A stretch of 64,000 bases of DNA, taken from Octopus vulgaris. Its lineage: Eukaryota. The stretch spans positions 71,238,001 through 71,302,000 of the forward strand of contig OX597824.1 of the NCBI GenBank assembly GCA_951406725.2. Reading direction: 5' to 3'. Position 1 is the first letter of the stretch. Each line of letters opens with the position of its first letter. A program made the position numbers and the translations under genes. Below, in pieces: positions 48,598 to 61,629 of the stretch. The notes beneath the pieces were generated by a model, which did no database searches, had not been told where the DNA came from, and was given only the letters and a program-made list of their open reading frames with translations.

Positions 48598-50419
48598 TCC
48601 TTTCTACCAGAGGCACAAGGCCTGCAATTTTGGGGAGAGGGGCATAGTCAATGACACCAACCCCAGTATGTAACTGGTTCTTATTTCATCAACCCCAAAA
48701 GAACGAAAGGCAAAGGTGACTAATAATAATAATTGCATTCCCAGTTACATTTGGAAATTCTAGGTCTTTACCCTTTTGACCAATTTATTGCACATAAACG
48801 TCAGTAACAAAATCTCATATGGACCCCTAAGGGTCATCTGGACCCCAGCTGAGAACCACTGGTCAGAAGGGAAGAAGTATTATCTGATGTCAAAAAACAA
48901 TGGCAATCAGATATTCATTGTCATATCTGCCAGATTGGATATGTTATTGTTTACATTGAAGTTAATATAAGGATTTGTGACAGGCAGCTGATAATGGAAC
49001 ATCTATGTTTATTTAGTTTTGTTTTTTCTTGTATATGTTTTTGTCGTAAGCTGTTTCTTACCTTATGTTGTTTTCATTTCAATGTCATGTTTTTAATTTC
49101 TAAATGGGTTAGCCATATTTGTTATAGGGGTTTCAATGGATAACAATAATGTATCTCAAAAAGTACTTCCCAACTACAGAAATTGGAACATGTGTCTTCA
49201 TGATCATTATGACTCTTTAGCATTTAAACAAGCCATATCTAGCCCAAATATTCTACCTGTTTTATGACCAAATCAACCAGATCCAGCCTCTCATACCTAC
49301 CCCTACAATGCCTTTCTAAAAAAAAATAAACAATAGGTGCAGGAGTGGCTGTATGGTAAGTAGCTTGCTTACAAACAACATGATGCCGGGTTCAGTCCCA
49401 CTGCGTGGCACCTTGGGCAAGTATCTTCTACTATAGCCTCAGGCCGACCAAAGCCTTGTGCGTGGATTTGATAGACAGAAACTGAAAGAAGCCCATCATA
49501 TATATGTGTGTGTTAAAAAAAGTCCGTTTCCTTGTTTGATTTTATGTTTTCGTTTCTCGTTGTGTTCTACGTTTATTTGTGGTGTCCTGTACTCATATAT
49601 GCATGTATATATACATATAGATGTAGGTTTGTACATATATCTATGTATGTATGCATATGTTTTATTTATTAAATTGTTATTATATATATATGTATATGTA
49701 TGTATGTGTGTGTGTATATGTGTGTGTATATGTTTGTGTGTCTGTGTTTGTCCCCCCAACATCGCTTGACAACTGATGCTGGTGTGTTTACGTCCCCGTA
49801 ACTTAGTGAATCAGCAAAAGAGATTGATAAAATAATACTAGGCTTACATAGAATAAGTTCTGGTGTCGATTTGCTCGACTAAAGGTGGTGCTCCAACATG
49901 GCCACAGTCAAATAACTGAAACAAGTAAAAGAGTAAGGAGTAAAAAAGAGTAATTGCACCATCGAAATCTTAAAGCTACAAGATAAAATCATGATTAAGT
50001 TCAAAATAATGTGAATAGATAAGCATTGCATTTGACTGAGTAATCTGATAAAAGAATGAACTAATTGCCCAAGTCATACAGTTGACTATATTAAGTCTAC
50101 TACTAATTTTATCAATCACTGGTAAGGCAAAGCCGACTCAAATAGAGATTGAACTCAGAAAATAAAGGGACATAATTAAACACTGCTATGCAATTAGGTC
50201 GTAATTCAACCAATTTTGCCAATTCATTACTGGCTTAACAGAAATAAATTAAGATAATAATTTCTTATATAAACACCAGGGACAGTACATTTGTGGAAGG
50301 GCTTGGGCAGTACTTTACATCAAACCTTGTAGGAAGAAAGCAAACTTTAGCTCCATAGAATATGAGTTTAGAATATTCCATAAAATATGAGTTAAGGCGG
50401 TGAGCTGGCAGAAATGTTA

Positions 50420-51365
50420 GCACGTGGATGGCCACGATTTTACTTAGCCTCACATGTCTTCTCAAGTACAGCAAGTCACCACAAGTCCCAGTCCTTTGTC
50501 ATCTCATCAATGAGACCCAGTGTCTGAAGACCCTTTCTCACTACTTCACCCCATGTCTTCTTGGGTCTACCCCTTCCACAGTTCTTTCCACAATTAAAGA
50601 TCAACACTTCTTCATGCAGCTATCCTCATCGATATGCACCTTAAATCATTTACACTCTGTCATACATGCACACTGGCTTTATTTCTTTCAAGCTTTCACA
50701 TGTTCTCTGTAGTCATCACCCATGCTTCACTGCCATGTAGCATAGTTGTACATACACAAGCATCATACAATCCGCCTTTCACTTTGAGGGAGAGGCCCTT
50801 CATTACTAACAAAGGTAGTAGCTCTCTGAACTTTGCCCAGCCCATTCTTATTCTAGCAACTTCCTCCTCCACTGCTACTCGGTAACTCAAGCTACTCCTA
50901 CTTACTACTTCTAATGATCCCCGATCCCCCATGAGCATTTGGGGAGGTCTATTCTCTGCACATTCTTAGTGTTTGTTGTACATGCACATTTTCCACACAA
51001 AGATTATTTTCTCTGTTAACCTTCTTGCAATATTGCTACACACCCTATGTGGCCATAGCTTGCACTGGGTACAACATAAGGAGTTTCTAGCAACACCCTT
51101 CCTACATATCAAGCAGGTTTATCTCCTTGAAAGGATTTGTGATTTGTCTGTTTTCCTACTTACTAGGACTTTGGTCTTTGCTAATTTAACTCTAAGGCCC
51201 TTTGATTCCAGACCTTGCTTCCACACCTGAAATTTCTTTTCTAGTTCTGGTAGTGATTCCGCTATAAGGACAAGGTCATCAGTGTAGAGGAACTCCTAGG
51301 GGAAGCCAGTCTTGAATTCCTTTTTTATGGCCTGGAGGACTATGATAAGCAAGAGAGGGCTGAAA
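50420..51365 (-). mobile_element. Decayed RTE LINE fragment, same family as 10360-12018
   Basis: Minus frames: RIRMGWAKFRELLPLL...KVKGGLYDACVCTTMLHGSEAW; YTDDLVLIAES. Confidence 0.85.
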
Positions 51366-52390
51366 ACCAGTGATCCAGATTGCAAGCCAGCTACTTTCAG
51401 AGAGGGATCAGGAAATGAAGGTTGACTTCATTGAAAGCTTTCAACTCATCTGAATTAATCATAATTCCGCCTCCACTCCCACTGAAGCCAGCTTTGTTCC
51501 CAATCTCTCTATAATTTATTGCATTAGGTAACATTTTGGTATTACACAGAATAGTAATATTAATGTGGGGAGTTGTTTTCCATTACTTTAGAAGGTGTTT
51601 GTTTAATTCTTTAGTGTTTAAATTATTCTGTCAAATGTAAAGCTTATTTATTCATATTGTTTTGAATTAATCATGTATTGTATCAGAGCTTTGAGATTAT
51701 GATAATGTGATTGTCTATTTTTTGGATGACATTGTAGGGTAGGTGTGAGAGGCTAGACCTGGCCAGTTTGAACTTAAAACAGGAGGCATATTTGAGCTGG
51801 ATATGGCTGGTTAAATGTCAAAGAGTGAATTATTTCTATCGTTCTTTTTGTTCTGAATGAGAAAATCCTCAAACGTATCTTAATCCTTCAAAAAAAAAAA
51901 ATGGGTAAGAAATCACAATAAGAAATATTTCATTTAGGAAAACAAAAATTAAAAAACCTTAATCCCTTTATCTTCCAACCCCTCTACCATCTACCCCAAT
52001 AGTACTGTCCCCACTAAGTCCTGACACCCACAACGTCCTACACTTTCTATTTATTTATTTTGATATTGTTTTGTGTTGTTTGTTTTATGTTTATTTCTTT
52101 TGTATACCTAAACCCCTTATAATCTGGGGTTTTTTTGTCGTGTAAGGTGACTTTAGGTCAGTGCAAAAAAAAAAATAAAATAAAATAAAAAAGGAGCAGG
52201 AGTTGGTAAAGAGAGGGACCTCAAAAGAAATTTATCCCGCCACCAAAGTGTGACTGGCGGATCAGAAAAGTTGAAGAATGCAGAAAAAGCAAGAGAGAGA
52301 GAGAGAGTGGGGTGGAGAGGGGGCAAAAAAAGGAGTAAAGGACTTGTTCCAAAATAAATTATGTTTGATGAGAGGATCAGCAGAGGAGAA

Positions 52391-52424
<34 letters not shown>

Positions 52425-54069
52425 TGAATAAGTATTTTTCCCCCTCTTCCTGTTACCCCTGATCTCACCTCACATTTCCTTTCCCTTGCCTTCTTGCACG
52501 TCTTGTCCTGGTGCAAGTCAATAACAAAGAACTACTGCACCTCTGAGGGTATGTATGAGTGCGTGTGCTTCAGTGTACTTGTCTGTGTATGTGTGTGTGT
52601 GTGTGTGTGTGTTCATTCTTACTCAACTGTTTGCTTAAACTAGTGTTGCTTAGTAGAGAGATAAAAGAAACCTACTTTTCCCCTCTCCATTACCTTATTT
52701 TTTTTTTTTACATTTCATCTCTCCCTCTCTCTGTCTACTTCCTTCTCTCTATCTCTATCTCTCTCTCTCTAACCCTCTTTCCTACTATCTCTCTACCTCT
52801 CTCTCCTTCTGTGCACTCTCTCTTTTTCTCCTATTTCTTAACTAGCTCTTATCTCATCTTTTTATTACTCTCTCTTTACCTTCTCATGTTTTTTCTGTCT
52901 CTACCTAGCCATCTAGCCATTCATCCATCTATCTTGCTATCTATCTATCTGTCTGTCTATCTATTCTCTCGTAGCTGGATCCTTCTCTCTCACTTTCATT
53001 TAATCTTTCCTTTGCTTTTACTTCTTACTCCAACATCTTAAATCTCTCATTTTCCTCTTTCTTTCTTTCTCTCAACCCTATACACACACCCACACATACA
53101 CGCACACACACATAAACAACATATACATACTCTTGCATGTGTAGAGAGTAAGGATTTTATTTTTACTTTTTTAATATTTCTTTATTTTTTGCCTTAGATT
53201 TGCTTTATTGAACTGGGACCCCTTAATACATGCTACTCTTGGAAAAATGCAGGGACAAATTTTCACCCACTTAAAAAACCCATCAGCCTCTTCAAAATCA
53301 TTATAAGAAATGTTTAGCAGCATTTCACCCATCTTCACATTCTGAGTTCAAATACCTCTGAGGTTGACTTTGCCTTTCATCCTTTCGGGGTCAATAAAAT
53401 AAGTATCAGTCGAACACTGGGGTCAATGTAATCAACTTTCTCTGAAATTGCTGGCCTTCTGCCAAAATTTAAAACCATTATTATTATTAAGGCAAAGAGC
53501 TGACCAAACCATTAACACGCTGGACAAAATGCTTAGCGGCACTTTATCTGTCTTTATGTTCTGGGTTCAAATTCTGCCATGATCAACTTTGCCTTTCATC
53601 CTTTCAGGGTCAGTAAAATAAGTACCAGTCAAGCAATGAGGGTCGGTGTAATTGACTTAGTCTGTTCTCCGAAGTTGGTAGCGTTGTGCCCAAATTTGAA
53701 ATCTCTGCCAGCTTGTTACTTTTGCCTTAATAATAACACACACACACACACATTAATTTCCTTCTTGTTGTTTTTCCAGCTATAATTTTTTTTCTAATGC
53801 TTCTAGAAGTCTTCATCATTCTTTTATATATTTTGCAGGTTTCTTATTCTGGACCAAAATGATAATGTCAGAATCAACAGAATAGAGAATGAGAAACAAC
53901 CAAAACAAATCTTCAAAGAAGTTGGAATTTTTCTTTTTTTATTTTATTTTAGTAAAAGAGGCATTTGAGAAGAATCAAAAGACAGAAACCAAAATTATGT
54001 CTTGTGAAACTTAAAAAAAAAAACAAAGAAAAAGAAAAAATTAGAAAGTTTAAAGAAAATTTTGCAACT

Positions 54070-55242
54070 ATGGAGAATCTAAACTTGTTATCATTGGTCT
54101 CCTTACTGGTACCAATAGTCCTTATCTTACTTATTCTTCTGGGAAACATTGTAGTAATCATATGTATCCTATACAGCAAACAGCTTCAAACTGCCACCTA
54201 TATCGCAGTACTCATTCTAGCATGCTTTGACATCACTCTTGCGTTTTGCCTGCCATTTGCTGTCATGGAATCATACCGTCCCCTTTATTTAGTCTCAAAC
54301 CAAATGCTGATAAATATGTCTGGTGCTTCTCTCAGCGCCCAGTGCTTGATAGCTTTCAATCGCTTCCAGACTCTGATGAAGCCGCTTTCCTATAAGGCAA
54401 ATGTCACAATAAAAAGGACACTCTACTTGATTGCCCTCACGGTTTTCTATTGTACTGTTGTAGCATGGACACCATTTCTTATTGAATGGGAGACAAATGG
54501 ACTCTTGTTATTTGATGATAATATTTTTCTCCTTCAAGTCATTTTGAAAAATACATATGCACTGTTTTTTGTTGCAGTCTTTATTCCAGTATGTCTTGTG
54601 ACGTTTTTCTGCTACTATAAGATATATGGAATCGCAAAACGCCACAGTGAGATGATAGCAGCTCTGGAGATTTCACTGAATCACAATGGTAGCTTAGCAT
54701 GTAGAAAAACAAAATATGCCAAAACTATTGCCTGTATCATCTGTGCTTTTCTACTTTGGTTTCCTTTTCAAATGTGTGTGGTTTTTGAGAGTGCAACCAA
54801 TTTGAAAACCATGAAGAGATTTCGGACTGGTCTACTTTATTTAGCTATTTTCAACTGCATTTTGAATCCATGGATCTACTCCTACAATAACTCGCAATTT
54901 CGTTCTGCATTGAAACTCATCTGCAGGAATATCTATGAACAGTGTTTGAAATACAAGAGACAGTTAATTAATGAAATCATCAAAAAGCCCTTACACAGTG
55001 CCACTCTTCCCACATTTACCATATTACCAGTTTATCAAAACAAAATTCAAAGCTGCTGCTATGAATATGAAGCTTTCCTTCATGCAATTCACAAGAAAAG
55101 AAAAACCTGCTTTTTTTGTCCCCTATTAAATTTACCACAAACCAGAATTACAGAGAGTGACACACAAAAATCCCATTTTGCAACCAAGAAGCTTTTCCAT
55201 ATTCCTGATATAACAACCCCTGTGGATAATTTAGTGACATGA
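54070..55242 (+). CDS. Intronless class A (rhodopsin-like) orphan GPCR, 390 aa
   Basis: Seven hydrophobic segments with GN (TM1), LACFD (TM2), IAFNRF (DRY site), W..F (TM4), YYKIYGIAKRH (TM5), FLLWFPF (TM6), NCILNPWIY (TM7) and helix 8 QFRSAL. ATG in actATGg context; a 5' UTR acceptor ttttgcag lies at 53838. Confidence 0.9.
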   Translation: MENLNLLSLVSLLVPIVLILLILLGNIVVIICILYSKQLQTATYIAVLILACFDITLAFCLPFAVMESYRPLYLVSNQMLINMSGASLSAQCLIAFNRFQTLMKPLSYKANVTIKRTLYLIALTVFYCTVVAWTPFLIEWETNGLLLFDDNIFLLQVILKNTYALFFVAVFIPVCLVTFFCYYKIYGIAKRHSEMIAALEISLNHNGSLACRKTKYAKTIACIICAFLLWFPFQMCVVFESATNLKTMKRFRTGLLYLAIFNCILNPWIYSYNNSQFRSALKLICRNIYEQCLKYKRQLINEIIKKPLHSATLPTFTILPVYQNKIQSCCYEYEAFLHAIHKKRKTCFFCPLLNLPQTRITESDTQKSHFATKKLFHIPDITTPVDNLVT

Positions 55243-58200
55243 ATCTTCTGGAAATGTTAAAAGTTTGAGAAACTGAACCAGCAACAAAGTAAAAATCCCT
55301 GAAATGAAGAAACAAACTTTTGTACTTCTGAAACGACATCTAAAACACCTAACATTATAAAGGATAAAAAAGTTATGGAAGTTTGAACTTCAGCCCAGTT
55401 TTTATTTTAAATTAAAAAAAGAATATTTATTTCGTTTTTAAAAAAGGTAGTATGTACCCAACAAAGTATGAATGGATGAATTGGGTGATATGGTATTTAT
55501 GCATTTCCCAAAGGAACTGATAAATTAATTTCTATAACTGATACCAATCCAGAAACTATTCTTTGATGATTCTACAATATTGGTTCACCCATAATAATGG
55601 TGTTTTTTTCGTTGTTTTTTTTTTTTTTTTTTTTTTTACATTAGCAACCAGACTTAAACAACTGAAAATTGAATATATTTTGACCCATGTACTGGTGATT
55701 GGATACGAACCACAAATTCTTACTTGGTTGCTTGAGACATTATCAACACAGACATCCATCCAGCACTGATTCTTTTTTTTTTTTTAACTTTTGTTTAAAA
55801 ACAAATAGTGGAATGAGATTGTGTGACATTGATGCCTTTATTAAAGGGACCAGCTACAGCCACATATGTAAAAAGAACAGGAATTAACTTCAGGCAGTCC
55901 CAGCAGTTGACTTATCCAAAACAGCCCTACACTCACCTTCAGCATTATCTCCAGCATACATTATTTGCACCCACAGTGACAACGATGATGATGGTGGCGG
56001 TGGTGGTGATAGTGATGATGATGATGATGATGATGAAAATAATGATGGCGGTGGCAGTGGAAACAGTTGTAATAAATTACTTTAAGTGCAATATATGGAA
56101 CATATATTGTCGTGTTACGAGAACAGACTAATACCTTACTAAAAATTTTACTTTAATCAGATATGAAAGAATGAATGAAATAAAATGCAAATTCCATCTG
56201 CTCTGTGCAATGTTTGAACTTTGAACTTTCGATAACAACAATATTAATACCAGCAGTAGCAGTAATGAACACCAAACTTGGGGAAATTAAAATCACCCTG
56301 GTTGATTGTCTACCAGCTCTGTCGTCATCCACCCTTATGTAATAAATAACTAATGATCCGGAAATATGGAGACTAAAGGGCATAAAATATCATGCTACTG
56401 ACTCTGTTATTAGCAGTAATAACATTTTGATGCCAAGATGCTAAATATATGACTCAACTTGCCTTTAAATTTACCATTGTAAATTGGCTACAAATGTACA
56501 TACAATAGCCATAGCAAATTTATAAAGGAAAAAAAAATTTGTGCCTAATATTAAATGACGACGATGATGATGATAATATTTTCCATATTTACATGTGCTT
56601 ATTTTTCTCCCACCGACAGCTATGTCTTTCCAACATGTAACCACTCCTCTATATGAAGTCGAGATTGGAAATTAATTTTTAACAGTCAGGTAGATTGAAA
56701 GAAAGCAGAGCTATGTACCTTGCTCAGGGACACCACACAATTGTTGTTTAGCTTCAGATCATCCCTGATCAAAGCGACAGTCCAGCCATGACCATTCCAT
56801 CTTTTTTTTTCAAATGTATCTAATATGTCGTTCCTGTTTGTTTGCTATTTCTAGCGTGTCCAGTTACCATTTGGATCATTGGTTCACTCATTGACTTGTT
56901 AACTACACAATAATTATCTTGGTCTATGGTTAGGTATTCAAACCTTGAACTTGCGATCAAATTCAACCAGAACCTCAACAGTCATTGTCTTATTGAGAAA
57001 ATGAAAGTTCAGCTCATTTTTATTTGAGAAATTTGTTACATGCCTCTGGAAGTTTTGAGTTGGTATTTCACGAAGACGATAACAAAACATTCAATGTTTG
57101 ATATTCAGTAAATGATCAATAAATAAGATATGATAACAACTTGATGCGGTAGGAGGTGGAGAGAGAGAGAGAGAGGGGGGGGGAAATGTTGTTGGATGGG
57201 GTTATCTGTGAATCTGAATGTGATAATGTGTTTGGTGTGTGTGTGTGTTAGTATATGTATGTGTAACATGTAATTATGTGCATCTGTGGCGGGGGGGGGG
57301 GTGCGCAAGAGAGAGAGAATGTGTGTTACTGTATGTAAAGGGATCGGTATTAGGAAAGATATCCTGTTATAGAAACCGTGCCAAAGCTAATACTGGTGCT
57401 TGACATCACCCTACATCTCGTTGGATCCTGTGAAACCGTCCAACCCATGCTGGCATGGATAAGGAACGTTAAATGATGATGTGTATGTAATTGTGCTTGT
57501 GTGTGTGTGTGTAATTAAGTGTGTATGTTGAATTCATGTGCCTCTGTATATGTTGTGATTGTTGTTGAACGCCATGTCAGCCCTTGTCAAATAGACATAT
57601 CAATCAAAAATATTGAACCCATGACGCTCACTACCACTTATATTTTTAGTCACTGTATATCCGGGACTACAATATCCCATGCATCTTATTTTGCTCTTCT
57701 CAGACGGTAAGATAAGATACGGTGGAGACTTCGCTACATACAGGCTTGCTCAGTGGCATATGTATGTGTTTGGGTGCATATGTTATATGCATGTGCGGTG
57801 TGCATGTGTGAATGCGAAAACTATGAAGAGACATACATACAATAACTGCTGAATTTATTTCAGCAAGAGAAATCTATCATCTGTTTCATATGATGATATT
57901 TGTAAATATTCCGGTGAATTCTAAGAAATAAAGAAAGAAAACTTATATTCTTATTGATGCTGTTGTTTTTATCTTTTAGACAAATCCCTTTATCCTGCCC
58001 TTTTTATGTTATGGAGTTACCTGATGCCTGGTCAGCTCTCACCCTGTAAAGCTTTAATTAAATCATTCCAGACAATATAATCAGAAATACATTATCCAAT
58101 TTCTTTACTGCCCACAAGGGGCTACACACAGAAGGGACAAACAAGGTCAGACAAACAGATTAAGTTGGTTATATTGACCCCAGTGCATAACTGGTACTTA

Positions 58201-61175
58201 TTTAATCGACCCCGAAAGGATGAAAGGCAAAGTTGACCTCGGTGGAATTTGAAATCAGAACGTAGCAGCAGACGAAATACCGCTAAGCATTTCGCCTGGC
58301 GTCTTAACGTTTCTGCTAGCTGTCTTCTTCTTTTAAGATAAAGCATGACAAAGCAGTGAGCTGAGAGAATCGTTGGCTTGCCAGGTGAAATGCTTAGCGG
58401 TATTTTGTCTGTCTTTTTGTTCTGAGTTCAAATTCTACCAAGGTCTACTTTGCCTTTCATCCTTTTCGGGGTCAATAAAATAAGTACCTGTTGAGCACTG
58501 GGGTCGATGTAATTGACTTTACTACTTCAGGGTAAGAGTATAAAATCTGCACTCCTCTATCAAGCTATGTCAAGCCAGTGTAGCAGGGTAAGCTCATCAA
58601 ACTAGTATGAATCCAAATATGAAATAGAAACAGCACTAATTAAATAAACATTATCAACCACACATACTTAACATATATACTTTGTGTATTTACTGGTAGG
58701 CTGCAATTTGGTGTTGAGTTTGCTCTCTCAAAGCACAAGATGTTAAAACATCTGAAAGTTATAAACATGTTTCGCCTGTCCATGACTTTCAGGTGTTATA
58801 ACATCCTGCACTTTGGGAGAATAATCTCCACCATACTGAATCGCAGCCTACTGACAAATACATTGAGGATGTGTATTAAGTATATCTGGTTAATGATGTT
58901 TATCAAACCAGTATGATCTGAAGCTTGCTTACCAACCACATGGTTCCGGGTTCATTCCCACTACGTGGAACCTTAGGCAAGTGTTTTCTACTATAGCCTC
59001 GGGCTGACCAAAGCCTTGTGAATGGATTTGGTAGATGGAAACTGAAAGAAGCCCATCGTATATATATGTGTGTGTGTTTGTCCCCACCAACATTGCTTGA
59101 CATTGATGGTGGTGTGTTTACGTCCCCATAACTTAGCAGTTTGGCAAAAGAGAACAATAGAATAAGTACTAGGCTTCCAAAGAATAAGTCCTGGGGTCGA
59201 TTTGCTCGACTAAAGGCAGTGCTCCTGCATGGCCAGTCAAATGAGTGAAACAAATAAAAGAGTAAAGATATATATATATATATACACGTGTATGTATTTG
59301 CGTATCTGTGTTTGTACCCCCATCATCACTTGACAACTGATGTTGGTGTGTTTACATCCCCATAACTTAGCAGTTCAGCAAAAGACACCTTATAGAATAA
59401 GTTCTAGGCTTACAAAGAATAAGTCCTGGGGTCAATTCGTTTGACTAAAGGGGGTGCTACAGCATGGTCACAGTCAAATGACTGAAACAAGTAAAAGAAT
59501 ATTAAATATGTGTAAGTGCATTTACATACCTACAAGGTGGCATCTAACAGAGTTGATAGGGTATCACATTAGAGAGAGAGAAGGGGGAGAGATGGAAGAG
59601 GTAGGGGGAGAGGGAGTGAAGGAGAGAGTAGTTTGTACCACGAGTACAGTCTTGCTGTTGTGACCATAGCAAAGATGTTCAACTCACATCAATATAATTT
59701 ACCTACCTGTAAATACTCCACATAGGTGGCGAAGTCATTAGAAGGGTGGATAGAATACCTTGTGGTATTTGTTTCAGCTCTCTGCATCCTGAGTTCTAAT
59801 CCTGCCAAGGTCAACTTCACCTTGTGTCTTTTTGTGGTAAACTACAACTACCTCTACAACAACATCAAATCTTTCTTTCATTCATCTCCCTTGTTCCCTC
59901 AACCTCTTATCCCTCCATCACCCATTCTGTCTCCATTTAATTTTCTGACCATCCTTATCCATTAATCTCTCTCTCTTTCACCATAAAACATGTCTCTCTT
60001 CCATTAACTCCTGGTATTATTGTTTCTCTTCTGTTACATCTCCCAGCACTGTCTCTTCTATTTCTTTCTCATCTAAAACCCTCTCTCCTCAATAAATTTA
60101 TTCTTACCAACATACTATCCATTTCTGTCACTATCTCATAGTAGTTCAGTTTCTTATTTCTTTATTGCCCACAAGGGGCTAAACATAGAGGGGACAAACG
60201 ACAGATAAAGGGATTAAGTCGATTACATCAACCCCAGTGCGTAACTGGTACTTAATTTATCGACCCCGAAAGGATGAAAGGCAAAGTTGATCTCAGTGGA
60301 ATTTGAATTCAGAACGTAACGGCAGACGAAATACCGCTAAGCATTTCACCCGGCATGCTAACGTTTTTGCCAGCTCACCGCCTTCAAAGGTTAGTCAGTT
60401 TCGCCCTTATGTCGGAATTGAACTCATAGTCAGACACTCAAATGTCAAGTCTTCGTCAAGTTCGACCAAAGGGTGAAGCCTATCTCATAGTAGTTCAGCT
60501 TCTGTCATCAACCTGACTTCTATTTACCACCTTAGAGTAGTGAGGCTCTTTGGCCTTGCAAGGTACAAGGCAACCTCACTCATTCTGGTGCTATGATAAT
60601 ATTCATACAGAACGTTCTGTAAAGGGGTTGATGAACAAGCTGAGATAATGTAAGATGTAGCAAGCACTTTATTTTTGCCAAGGGTATGACAATATCTTTA
60701 GAAACCATGATTTGTGATTGGCACTACATAAGAACCAACTCAGACTATAGCAACCTGGAAAGCAGACATTAAATAATGATGATATTTTTCTTGACATAGT
60801 TGTAAGACAATTGTTAGAACATACAGTGTGTCTTGGATATTATTAAACTTGGCAGTGCTCCACACTCTCAAATTTGAGACAGGAACATAGCCTTTATGTG
60901 GTTAATCAACCAATCAGAAGCAACTACATATACTTCAATTTGCACAATATCATCTTACAACTGGCAACATACATAGATAATGTAGTGTTTGATGCTCTCA
61001 AAATAGAAGGGATGACTGCAGCTCTAATTCCTTTGGCCACTGACTTGCTCTAGGGTCCACTAATATTTTTGACTCTTAAAATCAGTGCCCAAACAGGGAC
61101 ATAGTCCAATGATTGAAACAAGTAAAATTCAAAAAATACATTTCACAGCCTTGATTGCAGATTAGCTTGGGACTT

Positions 61176-61307
61176 TTTAGTCCCAGACCAATCTTAATCC
61201 AGTGATTGTTTAGCCTTAGATTTATCTTGATCCAGGCATTGTATAACCCTAGATCAATCCTGATCCAGTGATTTTTTAGCCCCAGGTCAGCTCTGATCCA
61301 GCAAACT
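61176..61307. repeat. 33-bp tandem repeat x4
   Basis: tttagtcccagaccaatcttaatccagtgattg and three variants. Confidence 0.75.
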
Positions 61308-61629
61308 TATGATCACAATGGAATTCCAGCCATGACTGTCCCATCTTTTTTTATTGAGCATTGTGTCTTTAAGACCGTAATAACCAATGTACTCCTCCTT
61401 TTCAAAGGCAGTAGGATGTAATTTGAGAAAGATTTAGCTACTATTTCTTGCAGGCCAAATGATCACATAGACTCCCTTGTTATTCTACCTACCTGGACCT
61501 ATCAACTGAATCACTCACTAAGGCCAGCAGATGTCAAAAAGTTGGTGAAATTTTATCCTTATCACATTACACTAGTTGTATGGTATCAGGAGTGGATGCA
61601 TTATCAGTGCTAGGCTTTGTGCAGTGGGT

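Noticed and set aside
45591-48673. Long ORFs of 130-234 aa (poly-[11 protein letters not shown])
   Set aside because: They are translations of microsatellites, with no coding signal.
53965-54069. Lys-rich N-terminal extension of the GPCR ORF in the supplied track
   Set aside because: It starts at TTG in A-rich UTR-like sequence; ATG 54070 is the plausible eukaryotic start.
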